This document shows, in pieces, positions 41,960-50,808 of a stretch of DNA of 64,000 bases. A model generated the notes under the pieces. The model saw nothing but the letters and a program-made list of their open reading frames with translations. It did no database searches and was not told the origin of the DNA. Within the stretch, counting starts at the first letter, position 1, and each line of letters opens with the position of its first letter. This DNA comes from Candidatus Yanofskybacteria bacterium (GTDB lineage Bacteria; Patescibacteriota; Minisyncoccia; 2-02-FULL-40-12; GWA2-44-9): assembly GCA_903830625.1 (NCBI GenBank), contig CAIKUK010000015.1, forward strand, positions 37 through 64,036. The letters run 5' to 3'. The translations under genes and the position numbers were made by a program.

Positions 41960-41960
41960 T

Positions 41961-42036
41961 TGGTGGACCGTAGCGGGCTCGAACCGCTGACCTCTTCGAT
42001 GCCATCGAAGCGCTCTACCAGCTGAGCTAACGGCCC
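41961..42036 (-). tRNA. tRNA-Ala(GGC)
   Basis: GGGCCGT/ACGGTCC with G3:U70; CTTCG-ATGGCAT-CGAAG; CCA encoded. Confidence 0.96.
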
Positions 42037-42038
42037 AT

Positions 42039-42704
42039 CTATTTACTCATCATTTTGCCCAATGTAAGTAAATCGTGAAATATGCTTGCTGAGAAGTAAT
42101 CTATCACACATACTCCCTTGTAGTCTAATTTTTTAGACGGTTTACCAATAGTTCTTGCATCAACTCTTGCTTTGTAAAATTGTTTTTTATCAATACCGGT
42201 TGTTCGAACCCAAAATTTATCTAGGGCTTTTATGTCCTGGTCGGCACGACATAAAACCGTAATCCTGAATTTTGCTTCATCGATAACATAACAGGATCGC
42301 AATAACTTTAGAAAAAGTTTGATGATTCCCGGATCTGAATTGCCCAGTCGCAAACTTCCTCTCATACTTTTTGTCCCTTCGCCCAGATACAGAGCCACCA
42401 AAACCAATTTGGCAGCTTCTTTATTATTATTTAACAGATTAATAAAATCTAAATTATCATTCTCTATATTATCAAAATATTTTTTTCTTTTGTTCTTTTG
42501 CACCAAGATGGACTGAATACGCGCTTTTATTAATTTTTTATTTACATTTCGGGATAATTTTTCTTTTTGTTTTTGGGACAATTCTAAGTTGCTCAACCAG
42601 TAGGAGAGCGTGCTTTTTGAAACTCTGGGGAGCAAAGACCCGATTTCTGAATATGTTTTCCCTTGTTTTCTCAAAACCACTGCTTTATTACGAAAATCAT
42701 GCAT
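42039..42704 (-). CDS. HTH + single-motif LAGLIDADG-like protein
   Basis: LRKQGKTYSEI...VSKSTLSYWL HTH; VALYLGEGTK...NSDP..IKLF; stop 2 nt before tRNA-Ala. Confidence 0.7.
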   Translation of the reverse strand: MHDFRNKAVVLRKQGKTYSEIGSLLPRVSKSTLSYWLSNLELSQKQKEKLSRNVNKKLIKARIQSILVQKNKRKKYFDNIENDNLDFINLLNNNKEAAKLVLVALYLGEGTKSMRGSLRLGNSDPGIIKLFLKLLRSCYVIDEAKFRITVLCRADQDIKALDKFWVRTTGIDKKQFYKARVDARTIGKPSKKLDYKGVCVIDYFSASIFHDLLTLGKMMSK

Positions 42705-42812
42705 ATCAGTATTGTACTATAGACCTTATCTATGTTCAACTGCATTAAGTTGATAATCCTTGAGATTAGATGGTATTTATGGCATGATAGAGGACAAGTT
42801 TAAAAATAACTT

Positions 42813-42884
42813 GCCCTCGTCGTTCAACGGATAGGACAGGAATTTCCTAAATTTCAAATCTAAGTTCGACTCTTAGCGGGGGCA
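42813..42884 (+). tRNA. tRNA-Arg(CCT)
   Basis: GCCCTCG/CGGGGGC; GGAAT-TTCCTAA-ATTTC; TTCGA T-loop. Confidence 0.9.
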
Positions 42885-42893
42885 CAAACATTT

Positions 42894-44345
42894 ATGCGAC
42901 TACCGTCGGAAATAAAATCTATTCTTACAACCTTCCAAAAAGAGGGTCTGGAAGCTTACGCCGTAGGCGGCTGCGTCCGCGATTTGATGCTCAATAAAGA
43001 ACCGAAGGATTGGGATGTCACCACTAACGCCGCGCCGGAGAAAATTCAGGCCCTGTTTCCGGAACATGTTTATGAAAACACCTTCGGCACGGTGGCCATC
43101 AAGACCGGTTCTCAAGATCCGGCCTTGGCGCTGGTGGAAGTGACGCCTTACCGCATTGAAGGCAAATACACCGACAAACGCCATCCTGACAGCGTGAAAT
43201 TTGCCGACAAACTGGAAGACGATCTTTCGCGCCGGGACTTTACCATCAATGCCATAGCCATGAGTCTTGAGGGCGATATCGTTGATCCGTTCCAAGGGCA
43301 GAAAGATAATCAAAATAAAATCATCCGAGCTGTTGGCGACGCCGAAAAAAGATTTGATGAAGACGCTTTGCGTCTGCTTCGGGCTGTCCGCTTTGCCGCC
43401 ACGCTGGGATTTGAAATTGAAGCCAAGACCAAAGAGGCGATTGTAAAAAATGCCGAATGGTTGCGGGCGATTTCCAAAGAACGCATCCGCGACGAGTTTG
43501 TAAAAATAATCGAAGCCGATAATGCCTATGCCGGCATGCTTCTTTTGGAAGAAACCGGCCTTTTGAAATATATCATCCCTGAATTAGTGGAAGGAGTGGG
43601 TGTGGATCAGAACTTGCATCATATCTACAACGTCTGGGAACATGCTACTCAAGCTCTTAAATACACCGCCGAAAAGAAATATTCTTTGGCGGTCCGCTTG
43701 GCCGCGTTATTTCACGATATCGGCAAACCGCGCTCCAAACGGGGCGAGACCCATGAAAACTCCACCTTCTACGGCCATGAGGTAATTGGCGCTCGTATGG
43801 TGGCCGAGATTATGGACCGGCTTAAATTCTCCAAAGACATTTCCGAAAAGGTCATCAAGCTGGTTCGGTATCATATGTTTTACTACAGCGTGGACGAAGT
43901 CACCGAATCATCGGTCCGCCGGCTTTTGGTGAACGTCGGCCAGGAAAATGTGGAAGACCTGCTCAAAATCCGCGAGGCTGATCGCGTTGGTTCGGGCCGG
44001 CCCAAAGCCATTCCCTACAAACTGCGCCACCTTAAATACATCATTGATAAGGTTTCCCGCGACCCGATTTCGGTTAAAATGCTCAAGATTAACGGCGAAG
44101 ATGTCATGAAAGAACTTGCCATAACCGGCAGTCCCAAGGTAGGATTAATCCTCAATTCGCTGTTAGCCGAAGTTTTGGACGATCCGGCCAAGAATACCCA
44201 GGAATACTTGACCCAGAGAATCCACGAATTGAATAAGTTAACCGCCGACGATTTGCAAAAAGCCCTGGACCGAATAGAAAAGGCCCGGGAAGCCGAAGAT
44301 AAAGAAATGATGCAAAAATACCATGTCCAAAAAGATTCAGATTAA
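42894..44345 (+). CDS. cca: CCA tRNA nucleotidyltransferase with HD domain
   Basis: VGGCVRD, DWD, DLSRRDFTINA, EDALRLLRAVRF, LFHDIGK. Confidence 0.93.
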   Translation: MRLPSEIKSILTTFQKEGLEAYAVGGCVRDLMLNKEPKDWDVTTNAAPEKIQALFPEHVYENTFGTVAIKTGSQDPALALVEVTPYRIEGKYTDKRHPDSVKFADKLEDDLSRRDFTINAIAMSLEGDIVDPFQGQKDNQNKIIRAVGDAEKRFDEDALRLLRAVRFAATLGFEIEAKTKEAIVKNAEWLRAISKERIRDEFVKIIEADNAYAGMLLLEETGLLKYIIPELVEGVGVDQNLHHIYNVWEHATQALKYTAEKKYSLAVRLAALFHDIGKPRSKRGETHENSTFYGHEVIGARMVAEIMDRLKFSKDISEKVIKLVRYHMFYYSVDEVTESSVRRLLVNVGQENVEDLLKIREADRVGSGRPKAIPYKLRHLKYIIDKVSRDPISVKMLKINGEDVMKELAITGSPKVGLILNSLLAEVLDDPAKNTQEYLTQRIHELNKLTADDLQKALDRIEKAREAEDKEMMQKYHVQKDSD

Positions 44346-44760
44346 GCGGTTTGACAAGTCATTGCCTCTGCCAGAATACAAAACCAAAGGGGCGGCCGCT
44401 TTCGACCTGGCGGCCAGAGAAGAGATAACTATTGCACCGAATACTATTGGTTATATTCCCCTGAACGTGGCCATTGAGACGCCGAAAGATCATCTGCTTT
44501 TAGTGGCGGCAAGAAGCTCGACCCACAAGCTCGGCCTGATGCCCATTCATGGTGTCGGCATCGGCGATTCGGATTATCGGGGCGACGAAGACGAATACAA
44601 AATGCCGGCGTATAATTTTACAAAGAAGTCGGTCACCATCGAGAAAGGAACGCGCGTCGCTCAGGGGATACTGGTCAAGTTCACCCGCGCCAATTGGAAG
44701 GAAGTGAAAAAGTTGACCAGCCAGACCCGCGGGGGATTCGGAAGCACAGGACATAAATAA
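44323..44760 (+). CDS. dut: dUTP diphosphatase
   Basis: AAAFDL, ARSS, GIGDSDYRG, RVAQ, RGGFGSTG. Confidence 0.95.
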   Translation: MSKKIQIKRFDKSLPLPEYKTKGAAAFDLAAREEITIAPNTIGYIPLNVAIETPKDHLLLVAARSSTHKLGLMPIHGVGIGDSDYRGDEDEYKMPAYNFTKKSVTIEKGTRVAQGILVKFTRANWKEVKKLTSQTRGGFGSTGHK

Positions 44761-44805
44761 AAGCTAGCAAAAACCTTAAAAATCTGATAAAATAGATAAT
44801 GAAAA

Positions 44806-44876
44806 CGGGCTATGGTGTAGCAGTAGCACGCACCGTTCGGGTCGGTGTAGCTCCGATGCAATTTCGGATAGCCCGA
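44806..44876 (+). tRNA. tRNA-Pro(CGG)
   Basis: CGGGCTA/TAGCCCG; CACCG-TTCGGGT-CGGTG; T-arm TCCGA-TGCAATT-TCGGA. Confidence 0.88.
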
Positions 44877-44881
44877 CATAT

Positions 44882-45772
44882 ATGAGAGATCGTGTCAATG
44901 TCAAATGCCGGAACTGCGGGAAAGTATTCCCAAAATACTACGTTCACGTTCGAGAGAACAAAGAATTGGGTCACAATTTTTATTGTTCTCCAGAATGTTT
45001 GTCTAAATTTAAAAAGACAGGAAAGTGGTTGATCTGTGGAAACAAGAACTGTAATAATAAATTCTATCGTGTTAAACACGCCGTCCTAGATCATAATTTT
45101 TGTTCTAAATCTTGTGCTGCCATTATAAATAACCAAAAATATCCAAAATATCCATTGAGACCATGCAAGAATCCAACTTGTACAAAAATGCACCGAAGAA
45201 CAGGGTCTTTCTATTGTTCTCTAGAATGTTCTCGGTCATTCGCGTACAAAGAAAGATTCACCTATACAAAAGAGGAGATTATTCTCGCTATTCAAAAGGC
45301 CACAAAAGAGTTAGGGAGACCGCCAGCAAAGAGAGAGTTAAAACATATATCTGATAAATGCGCAGGCATGTTTGGCTCTTGGAATAATGCCGTCCTCGCC
45401 GCAGGCCTGGAACCTCATCGTTCAGATGATCATCGTATGTACAAACGAACTCGAACCAAGGCCCATGACGGTCATATTTGTGATTCTGTATCCGAAGCAA
45501 TTATCGACAACTGGCTTAGTAAAAATAATATCTCTCACACACGAAACGCAAAATATCCAAGCACTAACCACAAAGCTGACTGGGGAATAGGGGATGGAAA
45601 AATATTTGTAGAATATTTTGGTCTCGCAAAAGACAGCCCTCGATATGACAGAGAAGTAAAAGTTAAGAAGAATATTTGTCGAAAACATAGAATTAAATTA
45701 GTTGAAATTTATCCGTCCGACCTGTATCCTATAATGGCTCTGGATAGAAAGTTCAGGACGATAACCCTCTAG
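44882..45772 (+). CDS. Zinc-finger repeat + homing-endonuclease-associated repeat + putative PD-(D/E)XK nuclease
   Basis: Three CxxC...(F/Y)CSxxC units; TKEEII...LGRPP...FGSWNNA..AAGL; DS.SE...ADW...FVEYFG; starts 5 nt after tRNA-Pro. Confidence 0.65.
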   Translation: MRDRVNVKCRNCGKVFPKYYVHVRENKELGHNFYCSPECLSKFKKTGKWLICGNKNCNNKFYRVKHAVLDHNFCSKSCAAIINNQKYPKYPLRPCKNPTCTKMHRRTGSFYCSLECSRSFAYKERFTYTKEEIILAIQKATKELGRPPAKRELKHISDKCAGMFGSWNNAVLAAGLEPHRSDDHRMYKRTRTKAHDGHICDSVSEAIIDNWLSKNNISHTRNAKYPSTNHKADWGIGDGKIFVEYFGLAKDSPRYDREVKVKKNICRKHRIKLVEIYPSDLYPIMALDRKFRTITL

Positions 45773-45774
45773 TC

Positions 45775-46452
45775 ATGCGCGTTGCCATCGTCGGTAACAA
45801 TAAAGCCGAAGCGGAAAAGCTGGCGGAGAAAGCGGGCTTCACTTTAGCGGACGACAAACTGGATTTCGTCATCAGTTACGGCGGAGACGGCACGTTGATG
45901 AAAGCCGAATTTCAGTATCCCGGCATTCCGAAAATAGTTTTGAAAGACAGTTTGATCTGCAAAGTTTGTTCAGCACTTCCCAATGAGGCTGTTCTTGAAA
46001 AAGTAGTGCAAGGAAGCTATGAAATAAAGCAGTTAATTAAAATTGAGGCGACAATAGACGGCAAAACCATCACGGGTATGAACGACGTTATCGTCCATAA
46101 CGCCAATCCGCGCCATGGCATCCGCTATCAGCTCTGGATTGATGACCGACAGCTAGGCGATACCATCATCGGTGACGGTATCGTGGTGTCCACGCCTCTG
46201 GGCTCAACAGCCTATTACCGGAGCATTACCGACAGCACTTTCGAAACCGGTATCGGCCTAGCCTTCAACAACAGTACCGAGCAGATGGACCACATGGTTC
46301 TTGATGATCAGAAAACCATCAAATTGAAACTGACCCGCGGTCCAGCGGTTGTCTATGCCGATAATCAAGATATATTCTTTGAACTGAAAGAGGGGGACGA
46401 AATAGTTATTAAAAAATCGCCATCCATTACCCAATGGGTGATTGTGGAATAA
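45775..46452 (+). CDS. NAD kinase
   Basis: GGDGTL, ND, GDG.VVSTPLGSTAY. Confidence 0.88.
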   Translation: MRVAIVGNNKAEAEKLAEKAGFTLADDKLDFVISYGGDGTLMKAEFQYPGIPKIVLKDSLICKVCSALPNEAVLEKVVQGSYEIKQLIKIEATIDGKTITGMNDVIVHNANPRHGIRYQLWIDDRQLGDTIIGDGIVVSTPLGSTAYYRSITDSTFETGIGLAFNNSTEQMDHMVLDDQKTIKLKLTRGPAVVYADNQDIFFELKEGDEIVIKKSPSITQWVIVE

Positions 46453-46526
46453 GGGCCCATAGTAAAACGGTATTACGCGGCATTCGCATTGCCGAGGTCC
46501 GAGTTCGATTCTCGGTGGGTCCACCA
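46453..46526 (+). tRNA. tRNA-Ala(CGC)
   Basis: GGGCCCA/TGGGTCC with G3:U70; CGGCA-TTCGCAT-TGCCG; CCA encoded. Confidence 0.93.
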
Positions 46527-46572
46527 ACAGGAATTTTGCAAATTGGTTTCGTGATACAATAGGCACGTGCCA

Positions 46573-48618
46573 ATGACTAATCCTATACTCAAGGGGTTGA
46601 ACGAGAAGCAAATTGAGGCCGTCAAGACTATTGAGGGCGCGGTTTTGGTTATTTCTGGGCCAGGTTCAGGCAAGACCAAATGCTTGACCCATCGGGTGGC
46701 TTGGATGATTCACAAAGGCATTGACCCGGTCAATATCCTAGCGATTACTTTTACCAACAAAGCGTCTGGGGAGATGAAGGAGCGCATCCAGAAATTGTTG
46801 GGGGCGAATAAAAAATCAAAAACCGAAATGATGCCGACCATCGGCACCTTCCATGCTTTAGGCTTGCGGATCCTGCGCAAAGAAATCCATGTTCTGGGCT
46901 ACCAATCCAATTTCAATATCTGCGATTCGGATGAACAGCTTTCCATGATGAAACGGATTATGGGCAATCTGGAGATTGACCCCAAGCGTTACAACCCCCG
47001 AAGCATGCTCGCCAAGATTTCTAAACTTAAAACCTCGCTCATCTGGCCGGACGATTATGCGCCCCATGAATTCATGGAAAAGCTAATCGCTAAATTGTAT
47101 GGCCATTACCAGAACGGCTTGAGAGAAATGAATGCGCTGGATTTTGACGATTTAATCGTGCTGACGGTCAAAATATTCAAAGAAAACCCCGAAATACTCA
47201 AAAAATATCAAAATTGGTGGAAATATATCATGGTGGACGAGTATCAGGACACCAGCCACGACCAGTACCAGTTCGTTCAGCTTCTGGCCGGCAAATACAA
47301 GAACATTTTTGCCATCGGCGACGATGCCCAATCCATTTATGCTTTCCGCGAAGCCGACATCCGCAACATTCTGAATTTCCAGAAAGATTACCCGAAAGCC
47401 AAGATCATTATGCTGGAACAAAATTACCGTTCCACCCAGACTATTCTTGCCGCCGCCCAGAATATTATTTCCAACAATAAGAATCAATTCCCGAAAACTC
47501 TTTGGACCGACAACGAAGCGGGGGAGAAGATATTGGTCAAAGAAACGCTCAATGAGCGGACCGAAGCCAATTTTATTATTTCTCAAATCGTAAAATACAT
47601 GCGCAAGGGCTATGGCTTGAATTCATTTACGGTTTTGTACCGCACTCACGCTCAATCCCGTTCCATGGAAGAAGCGCTCATCAGCCACGGCTTGCCGTAC
47701 CAGATCGTCGGCGGTCTGAAGTTCTATGAACGCAAAGAAATTAAAGACATCATGGCCTATTTGAAGTTAATCCAAAATCCAGCCGATATTTTAAGTTTGG
47801 AACGCATCTACAATGTACCGTCGCGAGGTATCGGCCACTCCACTTACCAAAAAATTATCGCTGTCGGCAAAAAACCTGCCCGAACGGCTCCAGCCCGACA
47901 AAGTCATTCTGGCGAGGAAGTCGTTCAGTCGGGCGGGGATTTATTTGAAAGCTTGGCTGAATTAGTGGCCAAGGAAGGCGAATCCAAAAAAGGCACGGCT
48001 CTGAAAAATTTCCACAAACTTCTGACCGATCTCCGTAAATTCGCCGAAAGCCACACCTTAACCAAAACGTTAAAGCACATCGTGGAAACCATTAATTACG
48101 AAGCCTATCTTCGCGCTCAAGCCTTGGCCAAAAACGCCAAAGCTGATGATGTGGAATCGCGTCTGGAAAACATTTCCGAATTATTCACCGTCGCCCGCGG
48201 TTATGATGTCCTGGAACCGGAAGCCGGCCGTGGTAGATTCTTGGAAGAAATCGCGCTTCTTCAGCAGGCCGATGCCATCAAAGATAACGCTATCCGGATT
48301 ACCTTAATGACCATGCATTCCTCCAAGGGCCTGGAGTTCCCGGTGGTGTTCATCATCGGTATGGAAGAAGGCCTTTTCCCGCATGCCCGTACGCTTTATG
48401 CGCCCCATGAGATGGAAGAAGAGCGCCGTCTCTGCTATGTTGGTATTACCCGAGCCAAAGAACGGCTGATTCTGACCCATGCCAAATACCGCAATATTTT
48501 CGGCACCACCGAAGTCAATCTGCCGTCCAGATTCTTAAATGAAATATCACAGAACTTATTGGACCGCCAGTTTGCCGACCCGATGAGCGATTACGAAGAA
48601 AAAATTTCCTACGACTAA
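46573..48618 (+). CDS. pcrA: ATP-dependent DNA helicase PcrA/UvrD
   Basis: GPGSGKT, VDEYQD, GDDAQSIY, QNYRST, HSSKGLEF, EERRL.YVGITRAK. Confidence 0.96.
   Translation: MTNPILKGLNEKQIEAVKTIEGAVLVISGPGSGKTKCLTHRVAWMIHKGIDPVNILAITFTNKASGEMKERIQKLLGANKKSKTEMMPTIGTFHALGLRILRKEIHVLGYQSNFNICDSDEQLSMMKRIMGNLEIDPKRYNPRSMLAKISKLKTSLIWPDDYAPHEFMEKLIAKLYGHYQNGLREMNALDFDDLIVLTVKIFKENPEILKKYQNWWKYIMVDEYQDTSHDQYQFVQLLAGKYKNIFAIGDDAQSIYAFREADIRNILNFQKDYPKAKIIMLEQNYRSTQTILAAAQNIISNNKNQFPKTLWTDNEAGEKILVKETLNERTEANFIISQIVKYMRKGYGLNSFTVLYRTHAQSRSMEEALISHGLPYQIVGGLKFYERKEIKDIMAYLKLIQNPADILSLERIYNVPSRGIGHSTYQKIIAVGKKPARTAPARQSHSGEEVVQSGGDLFESLAELVAKEGESKKGTALKNFHKLLTDLRKFAESHTLTKTLKHIVETINYEAYLRAQALAKNAKADDVESRLENISELFTVARGYDVLEPEAGRGRFLEEIALLQQADAIKDNAIRITLMTMHSSKGLEFPVVFIIGMEEGLFPHARTLYAPHEMEEERRLCYVGITRAKERLILTHAKYRNIFGTTEVNLPSRFLNEISQNLLDRQFADPMSDYEEKISYD
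47875..47937 (+). repeat. 63-nt palindromic element in frame within pcrA
   Basis: CCTGCCCGAACGGCT...AGTCGTTCAGTCGGGCGGG encodes PARTAPARQSHSGEEVVQSGG. Confidence 0.7.
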
Positions 48619-48619
48619 A

Positions 48620-49405
48620 ATGGAAAAAATTATCGCCAAAAAATCTCTCGGCCAAAACTTTCTCGTCAACGAAGGTATTATTGCCAAAATTGTAAAAGCA
48701 GCCGAACTGACGGCCGAAGACACGGTATTGGAAGTTGGACCGGGCACAGGCAATCTCACCCGAGCGCTATTAGAAACTGGCGCCAGAGTGATTGCCGTGG
48801 AAAAAGATCATCGCGTCATTGAAGATTTAAACGCGGAATTCAGCTGCGCTCAAATTGAAATCATGGAAGGCGATATTTTGAATTTTAAACCGGATGAGCA
48901 TGGCCTCACGGAAGGGGAGTACAAAATCGTGGCCAATCTGCCGTACTACATTACTTCGCATTTTATCCGGACCGTTTTTGAAGAATGGCCACAGCCAGCA
49001 TTAATGATTTTGATGGTTCAAAAAGAAGTGGCTAAACGCATCGTGGCCAGACCGCCGGACATGAACCTCTTAGCTTTGTCCGTGCAGTACTACGCCAAGC
49101 CGGAAATTATCACCCCCGTCAGCCGAGGCAGTTTCCGGCCGTCGCCAACTGTGGATTCGGCGGTCATCAGGCTTATTCCGCGAACCGAATATTATCTGAC
49201 CGCCGAAAAAGAAGAATTATTTTTTGCCATTCTTAAATCGGCTTTTGGCGGAAAAAGAAAACAGCTCATCAATACGCTGCCGACAATCATCAGTAAAAAC
49301 AAGCAGGGCACCGCTGAACTCCTGAATCAAGTCGGCCTTAGTCCCGAAACCCGCCCCGAAACTGTCGACATCGCCAGCTGGCTCATTCTCGTAAATAGCC
49401 TATAA
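48620..49405 (+). CDS. rsmA: 16S rRNA dimethyladenosine transferase
   Basis: KKSLGQNFL, LEVGPGTG, ANLPYYI, VDSAV. Confidence 0.96.
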   Translation: MEKIIAKKSLGQNFLVNEGIIAKIVKAAELTAEDTVLEVGPGTGNLTRALLETGARVIAVEKDHRVIEDLNAEFSCAQIEIMEGDILNFKPDEHGLTEGEYKIVANLPYYITSHFIRTVFEEWPQPALMILMVQKEVAKRIVARPPDMNLLALSVQYYAKPEIITPVSRGSFRPSPTVDSAVIRLIPRTEYYLTAEKEELFFAILKSAFGGKRKQLINTLPTIISKNKQGTAELLNQVGLSPETRPETVDIASWLILVNSL

Positions 49406-49776
49406 TGGGGACTGTGAAAAGACTTCTTCTTGTGTTATTAATATCCCTACTAATACTCGGCGGTTTCCCCGTTTTTACTAATGCGTTAAGCCTAGGTTAT
49501 CCTTTTGGTGGAAAAATCAAAAGCGTTACAATATGCACTTGTCCCGCTTCTTTTGGTTGGCAAATAACAGTAGGACCACCACGGCCTGGCATATTTATGT
49601 ATAGTCCGTTTTTTTCTAGATTATTTTCTTATTATAAAATAATGACCCCAGGGTCATATGTTCTGGGTGTTGCTTCGGGATACATGGCTTGTCTTCCAAT
49701 AAGTACCACTGGGTGTGGTGCCCCAATCGGTCCTGGCGGACCCCTTATCCGATTTGTCGGTACATCTGTTCGGTAA
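49405..49776 (+). CDS. Small secreted Cys-containing protein
   Basis: Signal peptide, PFGG.I....CTC, C-terminal VGTS. Confidence 0.7.
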   Translation: MGTVKRLLLVLLISLLILGGFPVFTNALSLGYPFGGKIKSVTICTCPASFGWQITVGPPRPGIFMYSPFFSRLFSYYKIMTPGSYVLGVASGYMACLPISTTGCGAPIGPGGPLIRFVGTSVR

Positions 49777-49893
49777 TCAGGATAGGACTCAAAAGTATCA
49801 ACATCTTGTAGTCAGCTTATACACTTAAATGGTGCTATAATTGCATTAGGCAAAAGCCCACGATTTTTGCGTAAAATAACGCAAAAAATTATC

Positions 49894-50808
49894 ATGCCAA
49901 ACAAAATTAAGATCACCTTAACTATTGTGGCTATAGTAGCTGTGTTTTCGGTTTATGAACTAGCCCAATATGTTCACACTATAGCGAACGGGAATTCTAC
50001 CCTCCAACAAGGTTCTCCTTTACCAAACCCCGATGATGATCCCGACCATGACGGACTTAACAACCAGCAAGAGGTAATTTGGGGGACTGACCCATTTAGT
50101 CCCGATAGCGACGGTGATGGCTTTAAAGACGGCGAAGAAGTAAATTCAGGCCATAATCCGCTTATCCCCGGACCAGATGATTTAATTAATGCTGACAATC
50201 TTACTCAGCAATTTTCTGAATTGACGGCATCGGGCCTTTATTCAGGCGACTTAAAACCGGAGAGTGAAAATTATGCTCAAGCACTTTCCGATATTACGAC
50301 AACGGTTGCTGATTCTGGAAAATACTTATTTACAGAGAAGCCAACTCCAACTGGATTTATCATTATCAATGGGGGGGCACAAAATGATATTCAGTATCTA
50401 AAAAATGTAACCCCTCTTATCAATGAATTTCAGGGATTATTGGCCGAACAATATGAAGGCCTTATCTCGACTCTAAATATTATTGGGGACCAAGGATTTG
50501 GCGATCCGTCGATTAAATCTTTTTTTTCCGCTCAAACATCTTCTTACGCTAATATTTTTCAGCAAGCTTCGGGCTTGAAAATACCGAAAGATTTTGAAAA
50601 AAATCATTCTCATTTTTTAAGTCTGCTTGAGCAAATGCATGACATCAGTGACGCAATTAGTAAGGGTGACACTGATCCGGTCAAGGCTTCAACCGCTCTT
50701 GGCGCTCTTGGCGATATATATCAAAATTACACTGGTTTCTTAACCGATTACCAAAAAATAATCGAAGCTCGGGGTCTTGATTTAAATTCCATCTCAAGCT
50801 CTCAATGA
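49894..50808 (+). CDS. Exported protein with acidic Ca-binding (TSP3-like) repeats
   Basis: DDDPDHDGL...E...GTDP..PDSDGDGFKDGEEV..G.NP. Confidence 0.8.
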   Translation: MPNKIKITLTIVAIVAVFSVYELAQYVHTIANGNSTLQQGSPLPNPDDDPDHDGLNNQQEVIWGTDPFSPDSDGDGFKDGEEVNSGHNPLIPGPDDLINADNLTQQFSELTASGLYSGDLKPESENYAQALSDITTTVADSGKYLFTEKPTPTGFIIINGGAQNDIQYLKNVTPLINEFQGLLAEQYEGLISTLNIIGDQGFGDPSIKSFFSAQTSSYANIFQQASGLKIPKDFEKNHSHFLSLLEQMHDISDAISKGDTDPVKASTALGALGDIYQNYTGFLTDYQKIIEARGLDLNSISSSQ

